The notes below the pieces were generated by a model. That model worked only from the letters and a program-made list of their open reading frames with translations, had not been told where the DNA came from and did no database searches. From assembly GCA_963718875.1 (NCBI GenBank), contig OY970378.1, positions 68,396 through 132,395 on the forward strand: 64,000 nucleotides of DNA, written 5' to 3'. Positions 1-12,070 of the stretch are shown here, in pieces (the stretch's first letter is position 1; each line of letters starts with the position of its first letter). Both the position numbers and the translations under genes were made by a program. The DNA comes from Candidatus Parcubacteria bacterium (GTDB lineage Bacteria > Patescibacteriota > Saccharimonadia > UBA4664 > JBIOIQ01).

Positions 1-1650
1 GGCAATGTCCACCACTGGTTGTACCAAAATATACGAACCGGTGTCGTTTTTAAATTTGAGATCCACTTGTGGAGAGTAAATTGTGGCATCGACTCCTGGC
101 ACCCCAAAAGGAGCAATGTAGTAAGCAAGGGCGTAAGCGTGGTTTACGCGCTCAACAATTGGAAGCCCAGCCAACAGTGCCGCTCGATAAACAGTTGAGG
201 AAACTTGGCAAAGCCCTCCCCCGTATTCGGGTTGGATCTTATTGCCTACAATGGCTAGCCCCGGTCGAAAGCCATTGGCTGCATCAACATTTCCCAAATA
301 CTCATTGAAGGAAAAGATTTCATTCGGCTTGATGATAATTTGACTGTACTTATTGCTCCCTACCGTTATATTGGTAATTCTGTCGGCGGTGGAATGTGGA
401 AAATATGATATGCCTTCGGAAATTAGTTCCTTTATCCCTAGACTAGCCAAATTGTTTTCCGTAACGTCGGGCTGAGTAACTTTAACAGCTAGCGTTAACT
501 CACGGTCATAAGCTGATTTTGTTAAAGCAGTTTTTATTGATGCAACTGTGGCCAGCTGATCAAGTGATTGGCCTGGACGGCTTGGCTGCACCACAATCAA
601 CTGGTTGTTTTGCATCGCGAGCAAAGCATTTTTTCCAGCTTGATCGATCTTGGCCGCAAGACCCGCGACGTATTTGGTGACGGCAGCATCATTAAGCGAC
701 ATTTTTACCTCAGCGGGACCAGCATAGTAGTCGGCAATATTGTGGCTAGTTTCAAAGGTTTTGGAGTTGGGTCGCGAAAGTTTAATCCATGACACGATTT
801 GGTCCTGACTGACCGTAATGGTCTCTGTGGGTGTATCGAGTTTTAACGGACCAGACACATAGGTAGAGGCCTGGGCTTTGGCGGATTGAAGACTGGGGGC
901 ATCTATGGACGGAGCTACATCTGACACTGGAGCATCGATAGCTTCTAGGCTAGCACTCTCTAAGCGGTTTTTTACTTGCATTACAAAAGACCCAATATCC
1001 AATCGCTTCCCTGGATTATCAGCGGTAACAGTGACGCTGTTGCCACTGAAATTAAGGCTAGCGTCTGAGACGGCGCTAAATGTACTGCTATCAATTTGTT
1101 GGACAAAAGGAGTCAAAGCATCATCACTAAACTCTACATTTGACACATTGGTCGATCGGCCTAAAAGCGCCAAAATGTAATCTTTGGCCTGCTTCCAGGT
1201 GGAACCGCGTCGACCAACTTGTAACCCTTGGTCAACTGCTGCTGCCACATCATATTTAACATCTAGCTTAGAAGGGCTAAGCTGCAAGCTTGTGCCAGCG
1301 TAATTGACAGGAATCAGACTGCCTGAAAATTCATCGACGTGCTGTTGAACAGCGGCTATGGCGCTGTTTCGGTCCAAGCCGGCGATTTTGGCACCATTCA
1401 CTGCCACTCCCGGCAAACCCTTGCCACTGTAAACAAATATTATGACTAGCGCTAGCCCAACAACCAGTAAGACACTCCAACCGGCCAACCGCCAGGGCAA
1501 AGGAAGCCTTTTTGACCTGGGCTCTAGGTTCCAGTCTTCGGGTCGGCTATTATCGGGAGTGAAAACAATTGGGGTAGACCCGGCAGTAGGTTCGGACGCG
1601 ATGGCAGGCTCAGCAGGTATATTAAAGGAATGTTTTTTAGTCTTTGTCAT
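1..1650 (-). CDS. VanW domain-containing cell-wall protein (YoaR-like), 3' end beyond window start
   Basis: My own minus-strand translation from ATG at 1648-1650 gives one open frame to position 1, absent from the ORF track because it has no stop in the window. N-terminal TM anchor (LAGWSVLLVVGLALVIIFVY), then motif PGLAIVGNKIQPEYGGGLCQVSSTVYRAALLAGLPIVERVNHAY typical of VanW domains. The + strand ORFs 69-1657 in the track are antisense artifacts. Confidence 0.7.
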   Translation of the reverse strand, partial: MTKTKKHSFNIPAEPAIASEPTAGSTPIVFTPDNSRPEDWNLEPRSKRLPLPWRLAGWSVLLVVGLALVIIFVYSGKGLPGVAVNGAKIAGLDRNSAIAAVQQHVDEFSGSLIPVNYAGTSLQLSPSKLDVKYDVAAAVDQGLQVGRRGSTWKQAKDYILALLGRSTNVSNVEFSDDALTPFVQQIDSSTFSAVSDASLNFSGNSVTVTADNPGKRLDIGSFVMQVKNRLESASLEAIDAPVSDVAPSIDAPSLQSAKAQASTYVSGPLKLDTPTETITVSQDQIVSWIKLSRPNSKTFETSHNIADYYAGPAEVKMSLNDAAVTKYVAGLAAKIDQAGKNALLAMQNNQLIVVQPSRPGQSLDQLATVASIKTALTKSAYDRELTLAVKVTQPDVTENNLASLGIKELISEGISYFPHSTADRITNITVGSNKYSQIIIKPNEIFSFNEYLGNVDAANGFRPGLAIVGNKIQPEYGGGLCQVSSTVYRAALLAGLPIVERVNHAYALAYYIAPFGVPGVDATIYSPQVDLKFKNDTGSYILVQPVVDIA

Positions 1651-1725
1651 TACTTGACATTATATTACATAGACAGTAATAAGGTAAGAATAATCGGATC
1701 TAGTAGTTACACTTATGCTATAATA

Positions 1726-2352
1726 ATGACAATGAAACCCGGGGGTAAAAAACTGAAAAAAATCAAAATACGCCAAAATCTACCACTGATTATCACTGGA
1801 TTAGTGGCCTTGGGGCTAGTGAGTACGGCAGCTTACGTTTATTTTAACCGTCCGGAAAACCGCTTAGCCACGGAGACTAAGAAGCCCACTGATCATCCTG
1901 GTGCCGGTGCGGCAGAAATTACCAACAACCCTGGATCGGGCGGTGTTGCGGAAGGAAATGAGGGTGGCTCATATACCAGCCCAAGCGCCAACCAAACGGA
2001 TCCTCAATACAATTCCACAACTTTAGCTTCTCCGATCCAAACCTTTAACAAATCTCGTACGCCAGTTTCATTGAGCCAAACGGATACCAGCCAACCTGAT
2101 CATCCAACATTAGTTTCTACCTGTCAGTCCGTAGCTGGGGCTACTTGTGAAATTCACGCTATCCTTGGTAGTGCGGATATTGTGGTGGCTGGGCCAATGA
2201 CTGTGTCTGATGACACAACCGGAGCGGAAATGTCTTGGAACGCCAAGGATAAAGGCTTGACTAAGGGGGTGTGGACAATCAAGGCCGTTGCAAAAAAAGG
2301 CGGCCAAACTAGCACATCAACCTCAAACTACACTTTAACGGTCAACCCATGA
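1726..2352 (+). CDS. membrane-anchored surface protein with Thr/Ser-rich C-terminal domain (hypothetical)
   Basis: ORF 1630-2352; likely true start at MTMKPGGKKLKK (ATG 1726), followed by a TM helix (LPLIITGLVALGLVSTAAYVYF) and a low-complexity extracellular region; the stop overlaps the next start (ATGA). Confidence 0.5.
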   Translation: MTMKPGGKKLKKIKIRQNLPLIITGLVALGLVSTAAYVYFNRPENRLATETKKPTDHPGAGAAEITNNPGSGGVAEGNEGGSYTSPSANQTDPQYNSTTLASPIQTFNKSRTPVSLSQTDTSQPDHPTLVSTCQSVAGATCEIHAILGSADIVVAGPMTVSDDTTGAEMSWNAKDKGLTKGVWTIKAVAKKGGQTSTSTSNYTLTVNP

Positions 2353-4385
2353 AATACCAGCTTACAACCTTGGCAAATTTCGACGGCAGAACCTCCGCTC
2401 CTCGTTTAAAGAAATTGCGTTGGCTCACTCCCCTGTTAGTAGCCTTTGGTGTGGCTGTAGCTCTGAGTGGTCAGGCTTCGGCTTACTCCAACTCTAGACT
2501 GATGGACGACCAGGTTTTTGATAATGTCGGTTCATTGAATGCTGCCCAAGTGGCGGATTTTTTAGCGGCTAGAACGGGTCCTTTTACTAAGTTATCGGGG
2601 CCTTCGCCTTGTTTGTCTGGTCACTCAAATATTAATTTTCATTGGGACAATGTTAAGTGGCACTATGGCAGTGATGCAGACTGGAATACGGCTTGGGGGC
2701 CTGCCCAGATTGCGGCTTCAGACATAATATATAAGGCTGCTCAAATGTGGGGCATTAACCCACAAGTTTTAATTGCTACTTTGCAAAAAGAACAAAGCCT
2801 GATTACCGGGACATCTTGCGATGGTTGGCGTTACAATTCCGCCATGGGGTACGGATGTCCCGACTCTGGCGGATGTAACCCAAAATACGCTGGTTTTAGC
2901 AAACAAGTACTGTGGGGGGCATGGCAACTTAAATTTAATAAAGAGCGTAGCTACGGCAACACCACGTGGGATGGAGACGACGTAATTACGTATGTTGGGT
3001 ATATGACCCAAGGCACGCGTAAACGTTGCGGGACCTGTACGGCTAATTATTATGACGGTTACGCCACGATTGATGGTCAGACGTTTTATTTGGAAAACGG
3101 CACCACTGCGTCTCTCTATACATACACACCTCACCTTGGACAAAGCTTTCCCGGTATTTTTCAGGGTTGGTTTGGCCCAACCATACTGCCAACGCATGCG
3201 TGGAACTTTGCGGGCCAGACTAGCACAAAAGACCTAAACGGCATCATAGTGGGGCAAACAGCAACATTATCGGTGTCGGCCGTAAATGCTGGTAATACCA
3301 CTTGGACCAATAGTGGGGCTAACCCGGTCCGGCTTGGAGCAAGCCAGCCCAGAGATCGTAAAAGTCTTTTTGCCACCTCCGGTTGGATTGCGCCCACCCG
3401 ACCCGCCAACCTAGATCAAGCTTCGGTAGCGCCGGGTCAAACCGGGACTTTCACTTTTACTATCCAGGCGCCGGCGGCTCCGGGTGACTACAAAGAATAC
3501 TTTAATCTTCTGGCTGAGGGAGTTACTTGGATGAATGATCCGGGAGTTTACTTTACTATTCGCGTTGCCCCTATTACATATACATGGTCTTTGGCAGGAC
3601 AAGCTGCCTACTCTGATTCGGGCAAGACAACTGGGATTGATTTGGCCGCGTTTTCTCCTGGGCAAAGTGGCTGGCTGGTTCTCAAAGCTAAAAATACCGG
3701 AAATGTTATTTGGAGTAATTCTGGTGCTAATCCCATTAGAGTAGGAACCGAGGCGAACAAGGACAGGCGAAGTTTGTTTAACACTGGTGGCTGGTTGGCC
3801 CCACATCGCCCCAGTAACATGGTGGAGTCCAGTGTAGCTCCAGGTGCGATTGGAACTTTTGAATTCCCTATCACAGCTCCTGCTAACGGTGGCACATATT
3901 TTGAGCGGTTTAATGTCTTGGCTGAGGGTATTACTTGGATGAATGACCTTGGTTTATATTATTACATCAAGGTAAACTCGGGTTACTCATGGACTCTAAC
4001 AAGCCAATACGCCTATGCAGACAGCTCTAAAACTGCAGGGGCTAATTTGGCTGCACTTTCACCAGGCCAAACAGTCTTTATAGGCTTGACAGCCAAAAAT
4101 ACCGGTACAGCTACTTGGTTTAATTCGGGCCCATATCCAATGGATTTGGCGACTTCGCGCCCGATTGATCGGATCAGTAAATTCCAGGCAGTTGGATGGT
4201 TGGCTCCTCAGCGACCGGCGCGGATGAAGGAAGCCTTTGTGGCTTCAGGGCAAACAGCCACATTCGAGTTCAATTATACGGCCCCAGCCCAAGTCGGCAC
4301 TTATTTTGAGTATTTTAACCCCGTAGCCGAAGCCATTACCCATTTGAACGACATTGGGATGTACTTCTACACCGTCGTTCAATAA
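2349..4385 (+). CDS. secreted protein: N-terminal possible lysozyme-like region plus three tandem ~115-aa repeats
   Basis: Signal peptide/TM at residues ~25-45. Three consecutive repeats share NTGNxxWxNSGANPxRLG ... R(K/R)SLF ... GW(I/L)AP.RP ... SVAPG..GTF.F ... AP...G.Y.E.FN.LAEG(V/I)TWMND.G.Y. The QKEQSLITG stretch is weakly reminiscent of lysozyme-like folds. Confidence 0.55.
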   Translation: MKYQLTTLANFDGRTSAPRLKKLRWLTPLLVAFGVAVALSGQASAYSNSRLMDDQVFDNVGSLNAAQVADFLAARTGPFTKLSGPSPCLSGHSNINFHWDNVKWHYGSDADWNTAWGPAQIAASDIIYKAAQMWGINPQVLIATLQKEQSLITGTSCDGWRYNSAMGYGCPDSGGCNPKYAGFSKQVLWGAWQLKFNKERSYGNTTWDGDDVITYVGYMTQGTRKRCGTCTANYYDGYATIDGQTFYLENGTTASLYTYTPHLGQSFPGIFQGWFGPTILPTHAWNFAGQTSTKDLNGIIVGQTATLSVSAVNAGNTTWTNSGANPVRLGASQPRDRKSLFATSGWIAPTRPANLDQASVAPGQTGTFTFTIQAPAAPGDYKEYFNLLAEGVTWMNDPGVYFTIRVAPITYTWSLAGQAAYSDSGKTTGIDLAAFSPGQSGWLVLKAKNTGNVIWSNSGANPIRVGTEANKDRRSLFNTGGWLAPHRPSNMVESSVAPGAIGTFEFPITAPANGGTYFERFNVLAEGITWMNDLGLYYYIKVNSGYSWTLTSQYAYADSSKTAGANLAALSPGQTVFIGLTAKNTGTATWFNSGPYPMDLATSRPIDRISKFQAVGWLAPQRPARMKEAFVASGQTATFEFNYTAPAQVGTYFEYFNPVAEAITHLNDIGMYFYTVVQ

Positions 4386-4461
4386 GCTTGCTTCGACACA
4401 ACGAAGGTTATCAGGCACGGTCAAATCTGTTATGATAATGCTACTAAGCTAAAGGAACTTT

Positions 4462-6212
<1,751 letters not shown>

Positions 6213-6216
<4 letters not shown>

Positions 6217-7460
6217 AACAACCAATTATTGAAATCAAGAACCTTAGCAAAGTTTACACTATTAGCCATGAGCAGCAGTCGTCCGGCAATGCCACTTTTC
6301 GTGACGCCCTGGTAAAGCTAGCTAAAAAACCGATTGAACTAGTGGCGGGTCATCGTCAAGAAAAAGAAAAGTTTCATGCTTTGCAAAACGTCAGCGCCGA
6401 TATTCAAAAAGGGGATGTAGTAGGCCTCATTGGCAAGAATGGCTCGGGTAAGTCCACTTTGTTAAAAATTTTGTCGCGGATTGTGGAGCCAACCGAAGGG
6501 GAAATTATCATGCGAGGCAAGTCTGCTAGCTTACTTGAAGTTGGCACCGGCTTTCATCCAGAATTAACTGGCCGTGAGAACATTTTCTTTAACGGGGCGA
6601 TTTTGGGCATGAGCCGGCGTGAAATTAAGAGCAAGTTTAATGAAATTGTGACTTTTTCAGGTGTAGAAAAGTTTCTCGATACTCCAGTTAAGTTTTATTC
6701 ATCGGGAATGTATGTACGTTTGGCTTTTGCCGTAGCTGCCCATTTGGAGCCTGATATTTTGATGGTTGATGAGGTGCTGGCAGTTGGCGACGCTGAGTTC
6801 CAGAAAAAAAGCCTTGGCAAAATGCGTGACGTCACTAGTAACCACGACCGCACGGTTATATTTGTGAGCCATAATATGGATGCTATCCAGAGCGTTTGTA
6901 ATAAATGTATTTGGCTGGCGGGTGGTGAAGTGGTTGAATTCGGTAATACCGATGATGTTGTCAGAAACTACATGGCGCTAGTGGGCCCACAAAACCAAAT
7001 GCCAATTGCGGAGCGCAAAGACCGCAAAGGCAGTGGTCGTGTTCGGATAACAAAAATTGTTATCGATGACGCGATTGGTAAAAATCGTAGCCTAAAGCTT
7101 GATATTGAACTCAATAATAAGACTGTTGAGATTTATGATGATTTTAAGCTTTCACTGGATTTATACGATAGCCTTGGAAACCACATCAGCAATTTGTACA
7201 ACAATACGATCGAAAAGAGACTCAACCTGAGACCGGGTATAAATCGTGCAAAACTAACCATTCACAACTTTAACCTTGTGCCGGGTACGTATAGCTTCAA
7301 CGCATTTGCAGCGTCTGATCATCACAACACTGAAATTTTTGACTGGATTGATGATGCCACATCATTTGTTGTTCCAGCCTATGATTACTATAAAACGGGC
7401 ACTGTTCCGACCTTCCGTGGGAAATTTGTTTTTATGGATTTTGACTATGCCATTGAATGA
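6213..7460 (+). CDS. wzt: polysaccharide export ABC transporter ATP-binding protein (Wzt/TagH family) with C-terminal extra domain
   Basis: Walker A GKNGSGKST, ABC signature YSSGMYVRLAF, Walker B ILMVDEVLAVGD. A ~170-aa C-terminal extension resembles Wzt-type glycan-terminus-binding domains. Confidence 0.8.
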
Positions 7461-8151
7461 TATAGCAAAAAAATTCAAACACCGCTTAGTAGGCGCGCCG
7501 GCCGATCCATTTGGCTTGACTTCATATTCTCAAGAAGGCGAGGATATGGTTTTGCGCCGGTTTGTCGGCGATAAGCTTAATGGGTTCTATGTCGATATCG
7601 GGGCTCACCACCCTAAGAGGTTTTCTAATACCTATTACTTTTATAAGCTGGGCTGGAGGGGGATAAATGTTGATGCAGACCCACTACTTATTAAGGAATT
7701 TGATAGCACCCGCCCAGATGATATAAATATTGCTTGTGGAGTTGGCAACTCAAATGAAGAGCTTACTTTTTATGTGTTTGATGAGCCTGCCATAAACACC
7801 TTTGATAGTGCTTTAGCTCAGGAAAGAGTTGCAAAGCATGGATACAGAATTGTTCGAGAAGAGAAAATTGCAATAAAAAAATTAGACTTAATTCTTAATG
7901 AATTTTTACCAACAGGACAAAAAATTGATTTTATGTCAGTTGATGTTGAAGGTAAAGATCTTGAAGTATTAAAATCAAATAATTGGTTAAAATACCGTCC
8001 TAGGTTTTTATTAGTAGAGTGCCTTGATACGAGCAGTTTAGAAAAAGTGTTGGTAGATGGGGTGACAAGCTATCTTAAGGGCGTGGGTTACAAACCAATA
8101 GCTAAATCATTATTTACAGTCTTTTTCGCAGATACGGAAAATCCAGCGTGA
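7447..8151 (+). CDS. FkbM-family SAM-dependent methyltransferase
   Basis: ORF 7276-8151; probable start ATG 7447 (MPLNDIAKKF) overlapping the wzt stop. Motif FYVDIGAHHPKRFSNTYYFYKLGWRGINVDADP fits the FkbM methyltransferase family. Confidence 0.6.
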   Translation: MPLNDIAKKFKHRLVGAPADPFGLTSYSQEGEDMVLRRFVGDKLNGFYVDIGAHHPKRFSNTYYFYKLGWRGINVDADPLLIKEFDSTRPDDINIACGVGNSNEELTFYVFDEPAINTFDSALAQERVAKHGYRIVREEKIAIKKLDLILNEFLPTGQKIDFMSVDVEGKDLEVLKSNNWLKYRPRFLLVECLDTSSLEKVLVDGVTSYLKGVGYKPIAKSLFTVFFADTENPA

Positions 8152-9707
8152 CTAATAATGATACTCCGGTAGTTCTGTTTGTTTTTAATCGGCATGAAAA
8201 TTTGGCCGATACTCTGGCCTGCCTGAAAGCCAACAGCATCACAAAACTTTATGTTTTTTCAGATGGACCCCGCAACCAAGACGATGTGGCCGGGATAGCT
8301 AAAGTGCGGGAGATTATTGCCCAAATTGATTGGGTCGAGGCCGAGATAATTGAACATCAAGCAAATCAAGGTTTGAGCCAATCGATCCAAAATGGGCTTA
8401 GCTATGTTTTTAAAAAACACGAAACTGCTATTGTGGTTGAGGATGACATTAAGATTGCCCCAGATTTTTATAATTATGCTGTCCAGGCACTTGAGGGCTA
8501 TCGTCAGGACAAAAATGTTATGGGTATTACTGGCTTACGATACCCATTTAAGCGCGACGGCCTTGATGCCGCTAGATATGACGCGTTTTTTACTCCCCGT
8601 TTTTCCTCCTGGGGATGGGCCACTTGGCGAGATCGGTGGCAGCGGGTTTCATTTGATTTAGAGGCAGTTAAGTCGGCTATAAAATCTAAATCAGACTTTG
8701 ATCCTAGCATTGCCGGAGCGGATATTCCGGGAACAATACAGGCATTGCTTGATGATAATTTGACTGGCTGTTGGGACGTATTTGTATTGATTCATATGCT
8801 TTTAAATAACAAGCTTTTTGTTTGGCCGCGCTATAATATGGTAACCAACACGGGGTTGCTGGAGGGCAGTCATGCCAATGGTATAGCCCCTTCCTGGAAG
8901 TTGAAATGGGAAACAAACCCAAGTACCGGATGGAAGTTACCTGGGCATGCAAAGGTTGACGAAAATATTTTGCGTGACTTCCGTCAGTTTTTTTTAAACA
9001 TAAGCAGTAAAGAAGGAATATCAATGAAGCAGCAAGTAAAAGCGGTCTTAAGGAAAATAAAGCATAGTTTAGAGCCCACTCCACCTACGCACGAGCCCAA
9101 AGAGTATTCAACTACCGATGAGCCTATGGAAGTGCCGTGTCAAAAGGAAGCCTATTACTTAGCATTAAACAAATACATGCAGGACGGAGATAAAGTCTTG
9201 GATGTTGGTTGCGGGCTTGGTTATGGCCTTAATTTACTTTCGATCAAAGCAAAGTCGACTTATGGTGTAGATGTTGACCCAAAGGCGGTTGAATATTGTA
9301 AGCAAAATATCCTGGGTAAAAATCCGCGCCTTCAGAGTGTCCAGGCTTACGACGGTTACAGCTTACCGTTTAAAGACAAGGAGTTTGATATTGTAACTAC
9401 AGTTGACGTGTTGGAGCATGTTGAGGATTATGATCGGTTTATTGATGAGTTAATACGAGTGGCTAAGCGGGCAGTAATCATAAGCACACCCAACCGCAGG
9501 CCGGAATACACCAATCCAGACGGGACTCCAAAAAACTTTTGGCACTTAAGGGAGTGGTCGCACTCGGAACTAGAAGACATAGTGAGTAGCCATGGCGTAA
9601 AACAAGATTGGAATTTTATCAACGGACCTTGGGACGGACCATTTGCCACTTCTGCCAAGGTTCAAGATGATACTATGACCTTAACTCCTGCCCTCATACT
9701 TAAATAG
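8148..9707 (+). CDS. bifunctional glycosyltransferase / class I SAM-methyltransferase
   Basis: N-terminal domain (VVLFVFNRHENLADTLACLKAN...VVEDDIKIAPDF) is glycosyltransferase-like. C-terminal domain carries the SAM-binding motif VLDVGCGLGYGLNLL and DIVTTVDVLEHVED. Confidence 0.6.
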   Translation: MTNNDTPVVLFVFNRHENLADTLACLKANSITKLYVFSDGPRNQDDVAGIAKVREIIAQIDWVEAEIIEHQANQGLSQSIQNGLSYVFKKHETAIVVEDDIKIAPDFYNYAVQALEGYRQDKNVMGITGLRYPFKRDGLDAARYDAFFTPRFSSWGWATWRDRWQRVSFDLEAVKSAIKSKSDFDPSIAGADIPGTIQALLDDNLTGCWDVFVLIHMLLNNKLFVWPRYNMVTNTGLLEGSHANGIAPSWKLKWETNPSTGWKLPGHAKVDENILRDFRQFFLNISSKEGISMKQQVKAVLRKIKHSLEPTPPTHEPKEYSTTDEPMEVPCQKEAYYLALNKYMQDGDKVLDVGCGLGYGLNLLSIKAKSTYGVDVDPKAVEYCKQNILGKNPRLQSVQAYDGYSLPFKDKEFDIVTTVDVLEHVEDYDRFIDELIRVAKRAVIISTPNRRPEYTNPDGTPKNFWHLREWSHSELEDIVSSHGVKQDWNFINGPWDGPFATSAKVQDDTMTLTPALILK

Positions 9708-9752
9708 AATGTTTTTCTCTTGTGATAATTCCATATTTAGAGAGGCCGCTTA

Positions 9753-10931
9753 ATGTTGGGTCGTGCCAAACGGGCTGTTTTACAAAAATTAGCCACAAGC
9801 CGGGGATGGCTGAGCATAGAAGAGGGGCAAAGACCTTATGTATATGACTATAAAAAATACTTAAAACCAGGGCCGTCCAAGCGGGCGTTATTATCATATT
9901 TGCCAAATTTTGTTATAGATGAGGCCGCCGGGTTAAAGACTAGCCAGTTTAGTAATGTGGGGCTAGCCTTAACGTTGCCTAAAGTACTAAATAACTTGGG
10001 CTACAGTGTAGATATTGTAAGCTGGGATGACACGACCTTTAAGCCCAATAAGAAATACGATTTATTTATTGGGCACGGGGCAAAAAATTTTGAATTGCTT
10101 CATAACTTGATGCAGCCCAAACCGTTAACAATTTACTTTTCAACTGGAAGTTATTGGCGTTTCCATAACGAACAGGAGGATATGAGGTTGGCTGGGTTTA
10201 AAAAGCGCCATCACGTAGAGCTACCTAGAGACCGTTACATTTATGAATCGGAGGAGCTGGCAAATAAAGCGGCGGACGCAATTATCTGCTTAGGTAATGA
10301 AGACGCTAAGCAAACATATTTGGGCTTTCCAGCTGTTTATAGTCTGCCTATTGCCTGTTATCCGGAAGTTAGACCTCTGCCTGAAATGACGGCGGAACGA
10401 CGGCAAAGCTTCATCTTTTTTTCGGGAGGCGGTAATATTCACAAAGGCTTAGACTTAGTGTTAGATGCTTTTGAGGGAAGCCAAAACGAGCTATACATCT
10501 GTTCAATTCTTGACCCTGAATTTGAGACTTATTACAAAGACCTGCTGTATCACTCACCCAATATCCATTATGTTGGACTCGTTGAGCCACGTAGCCAGCA
10601 ATTTTACGAAGTTATGGATAAATGCGCCTTTACAATTTTGCCTTCCTGTAGCGAGGGTAGCCCTGGTTCGGTAGTAGAGTGCATGCAACAAGGTCTTGTC
10701 CCGATAGTGAGCAACGAGGCTCATATAGACGTGGCCGACTTTGGTATAACGCTGAACAAAACAAATGTGGAAACAATAAAAGCGGCCGTTGAAAAGAGTT
10801 CTGAGATTCCGATCGCGGATTTACGTTTGCGGTCCAAAAAGTCTAGGCGTTCTGCACAAAACTATTCCATCGAAAAATTCGAATCGAATCTTGAGGCGAT
10901 ATTCACTAAGATTAGCGCTGAGGTTTTATGA
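9753..10931 (+). CDS. glycosyltransferase (GT1/GT4-like)
   Basis: 392 aa; C-terminal EGSPGSVVECMQQGLVPIV motif matches the E-x7-E nucleotide-sugar-binding site of retaining GT-B enzymes. Confidence 0.55.
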   Translation: MLGRAKRAVLQKLATSRGWLSIEEGQRPYVYDYKKYLKPGPSKRALLSYLPNFVIDEAAGLKTSQFSNVGLALTLPKVLNNLGYSVDIVSWDDTTFKPNKKYDLFIGHGAKNFELLHNLMQPKPLTIYFSTGSYWRFHNEQEDMRLAGFKKRHHVELPRDRYIYESEELANKAADAIICLGNEDAKQTYLGFPAVYSLPIACYPEVRPLPEMTAERRQSFIFFSGGGNIHKGLDLVLDAFEGSQNELYICSILDPEFETYYKDLLYHSPNIHYVGLVEPRSQQFYEVMDKCAFTILPSCSEGSPGSVVECMQQGLVPIVSNEAHIDVADFGITLNKTNVETIKAAVEKSSEIPIADLRLRSKKSRRSAQNYSIEKFESNLEAIFTKISAEVL

Positions 10932-12070
10932 AAATCGGAATTGTAGCTTTAACTTTTGCACCCGGTAAGTCAGGCGGGATAGAAATATATTTTCGAAACT
11001 TAATCGAGTACTTACAAAAAACCACGTCTGGAAATCAATACTTTATTTTTTTGCCGACTGAGCATGCCGGGGAAATTGAGTTAACTTCGGAGGCTTTTAA
11101 GATTGTGCCTATCTCAATGACGCCTAAGTTAAAGTCGAAGATTGTAGCTAAACTTAAAAAAGAAGATTCTTTACAACTACAAGCATCTAAGGAAATTAAT
11201 AGCTATATGTGCGATTTAATACACTTTCCCCTTCAAATAATTTATCCGGCTGGAGTAAAAGGCCCTAAGGTGCTTAGTTTTATGGATTTACAACAAGAGT
11301 ACTATCCCGAATTTTTTAGCCAAGAAGACTTGCTGTCTCGAGCCAAAACTTACAGACCCTCTGCGGAAGCAGCCGACCATATTATTGCTATTTCTAATCA
11401 CACCAAAGCTAGCTTAACTGACAAATACCTTATCCCCGCTGCTAAGATTTCTACAATTTACTTGTCCTACGATGAACAGGTGTTTAGCCAAGACACTCAT
11501 GCAAAAGTCCCGGTGGAGTTTAAATATTTTTTTTACCCGGCTGCGACATGGCCACACAAAAATCATCTGCGTCTAATCGAGGCTTTTGCGTTACTGGCAG
11601 AAAAGTACCCAGATATTAAACTGGTTTTTTCGGGTGCTAAAAAACAAACAAGTGATGATTTAGTAAATAAAATAGATGAGCTAGAGCTAAGTAAGCGGGT
11701 TACTTTTATGGGGTACTTGCCATATGAAGACTTACCTTTAATGTATCGCCACGCAATTGCATTGGTATATCCGTCCTTATTTGAGGGCTTCGGCATTCCA
11801 CTACTCGAAGCTATGGCTTCTGATTGCCCAATAGTGGCCTCAGATGTTGGCTCAATACCAGAAATAGCCGCGGATGCAGCCCTATATTTCGATCCCACAA
11901 AACCTCAGGACATGGCTGAAAAAATGAAAATTATACTAAAAAATGATGAGATTAAAAAAAAGCTGGTTGAAGCTGGCAGAAAAAGAGTTAAGACTTTTTC
12001 CTCTGCTAAAATGGCGGATGAGACACTAGGGGTTTACAGGAAAGTATTGAGGCAATCTAATGGAGACTAA
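10928..12070 (+). CDS. glycosyltransferase family 4
   Basis: YPSLFEGFGIPLLEAMASDCPIVASDVGSIPEI, the canonical GT4 motif; start overlaps the previous stop. Confidence 0.8.
   Translation: MKIGIVALTFAPGKSGGIEIYFRNLIEYLQKTTSGNQYFIFLPTEHAGEIELTSEAFKIVPISMTPKLKSKIVAKLKKEDSLQLQASKEINSYMCDLIHFPLQIIYPAGVKGPKVLSFMDLQQEYYPEFFSQEDLLSRAKTYRPSAEAADHIIAISNHTKASLTDKYLIPAAKISTIYLSYDEQVFSQDTHAKVPVEFKYFFYPAATWPHKNHLRLIEAFALLAEKYPDIKLVFSGAKKQTSDDLVNKIDELELSKRVTFMGYLPYEDLPLMYRHAIALVYPSLFEGFGIPLLEAMASDCPIVASDVGSIPEIAADAALYFDPTKPQDMAEKMKIILKNDEIKKKLVEAGRKRVKTFSSAKMADETLGVYRKVLRQSNGD

Noticed and set aside
69-1657. Four short plus-strand ORFs (69-308, 568-792, 905-1180, 1442-1657)
   Set aside because: All lie antisense to one uninterrupted minus-strand reading frame (1-1650) encoding a VanW-domain protein with clear motifs.
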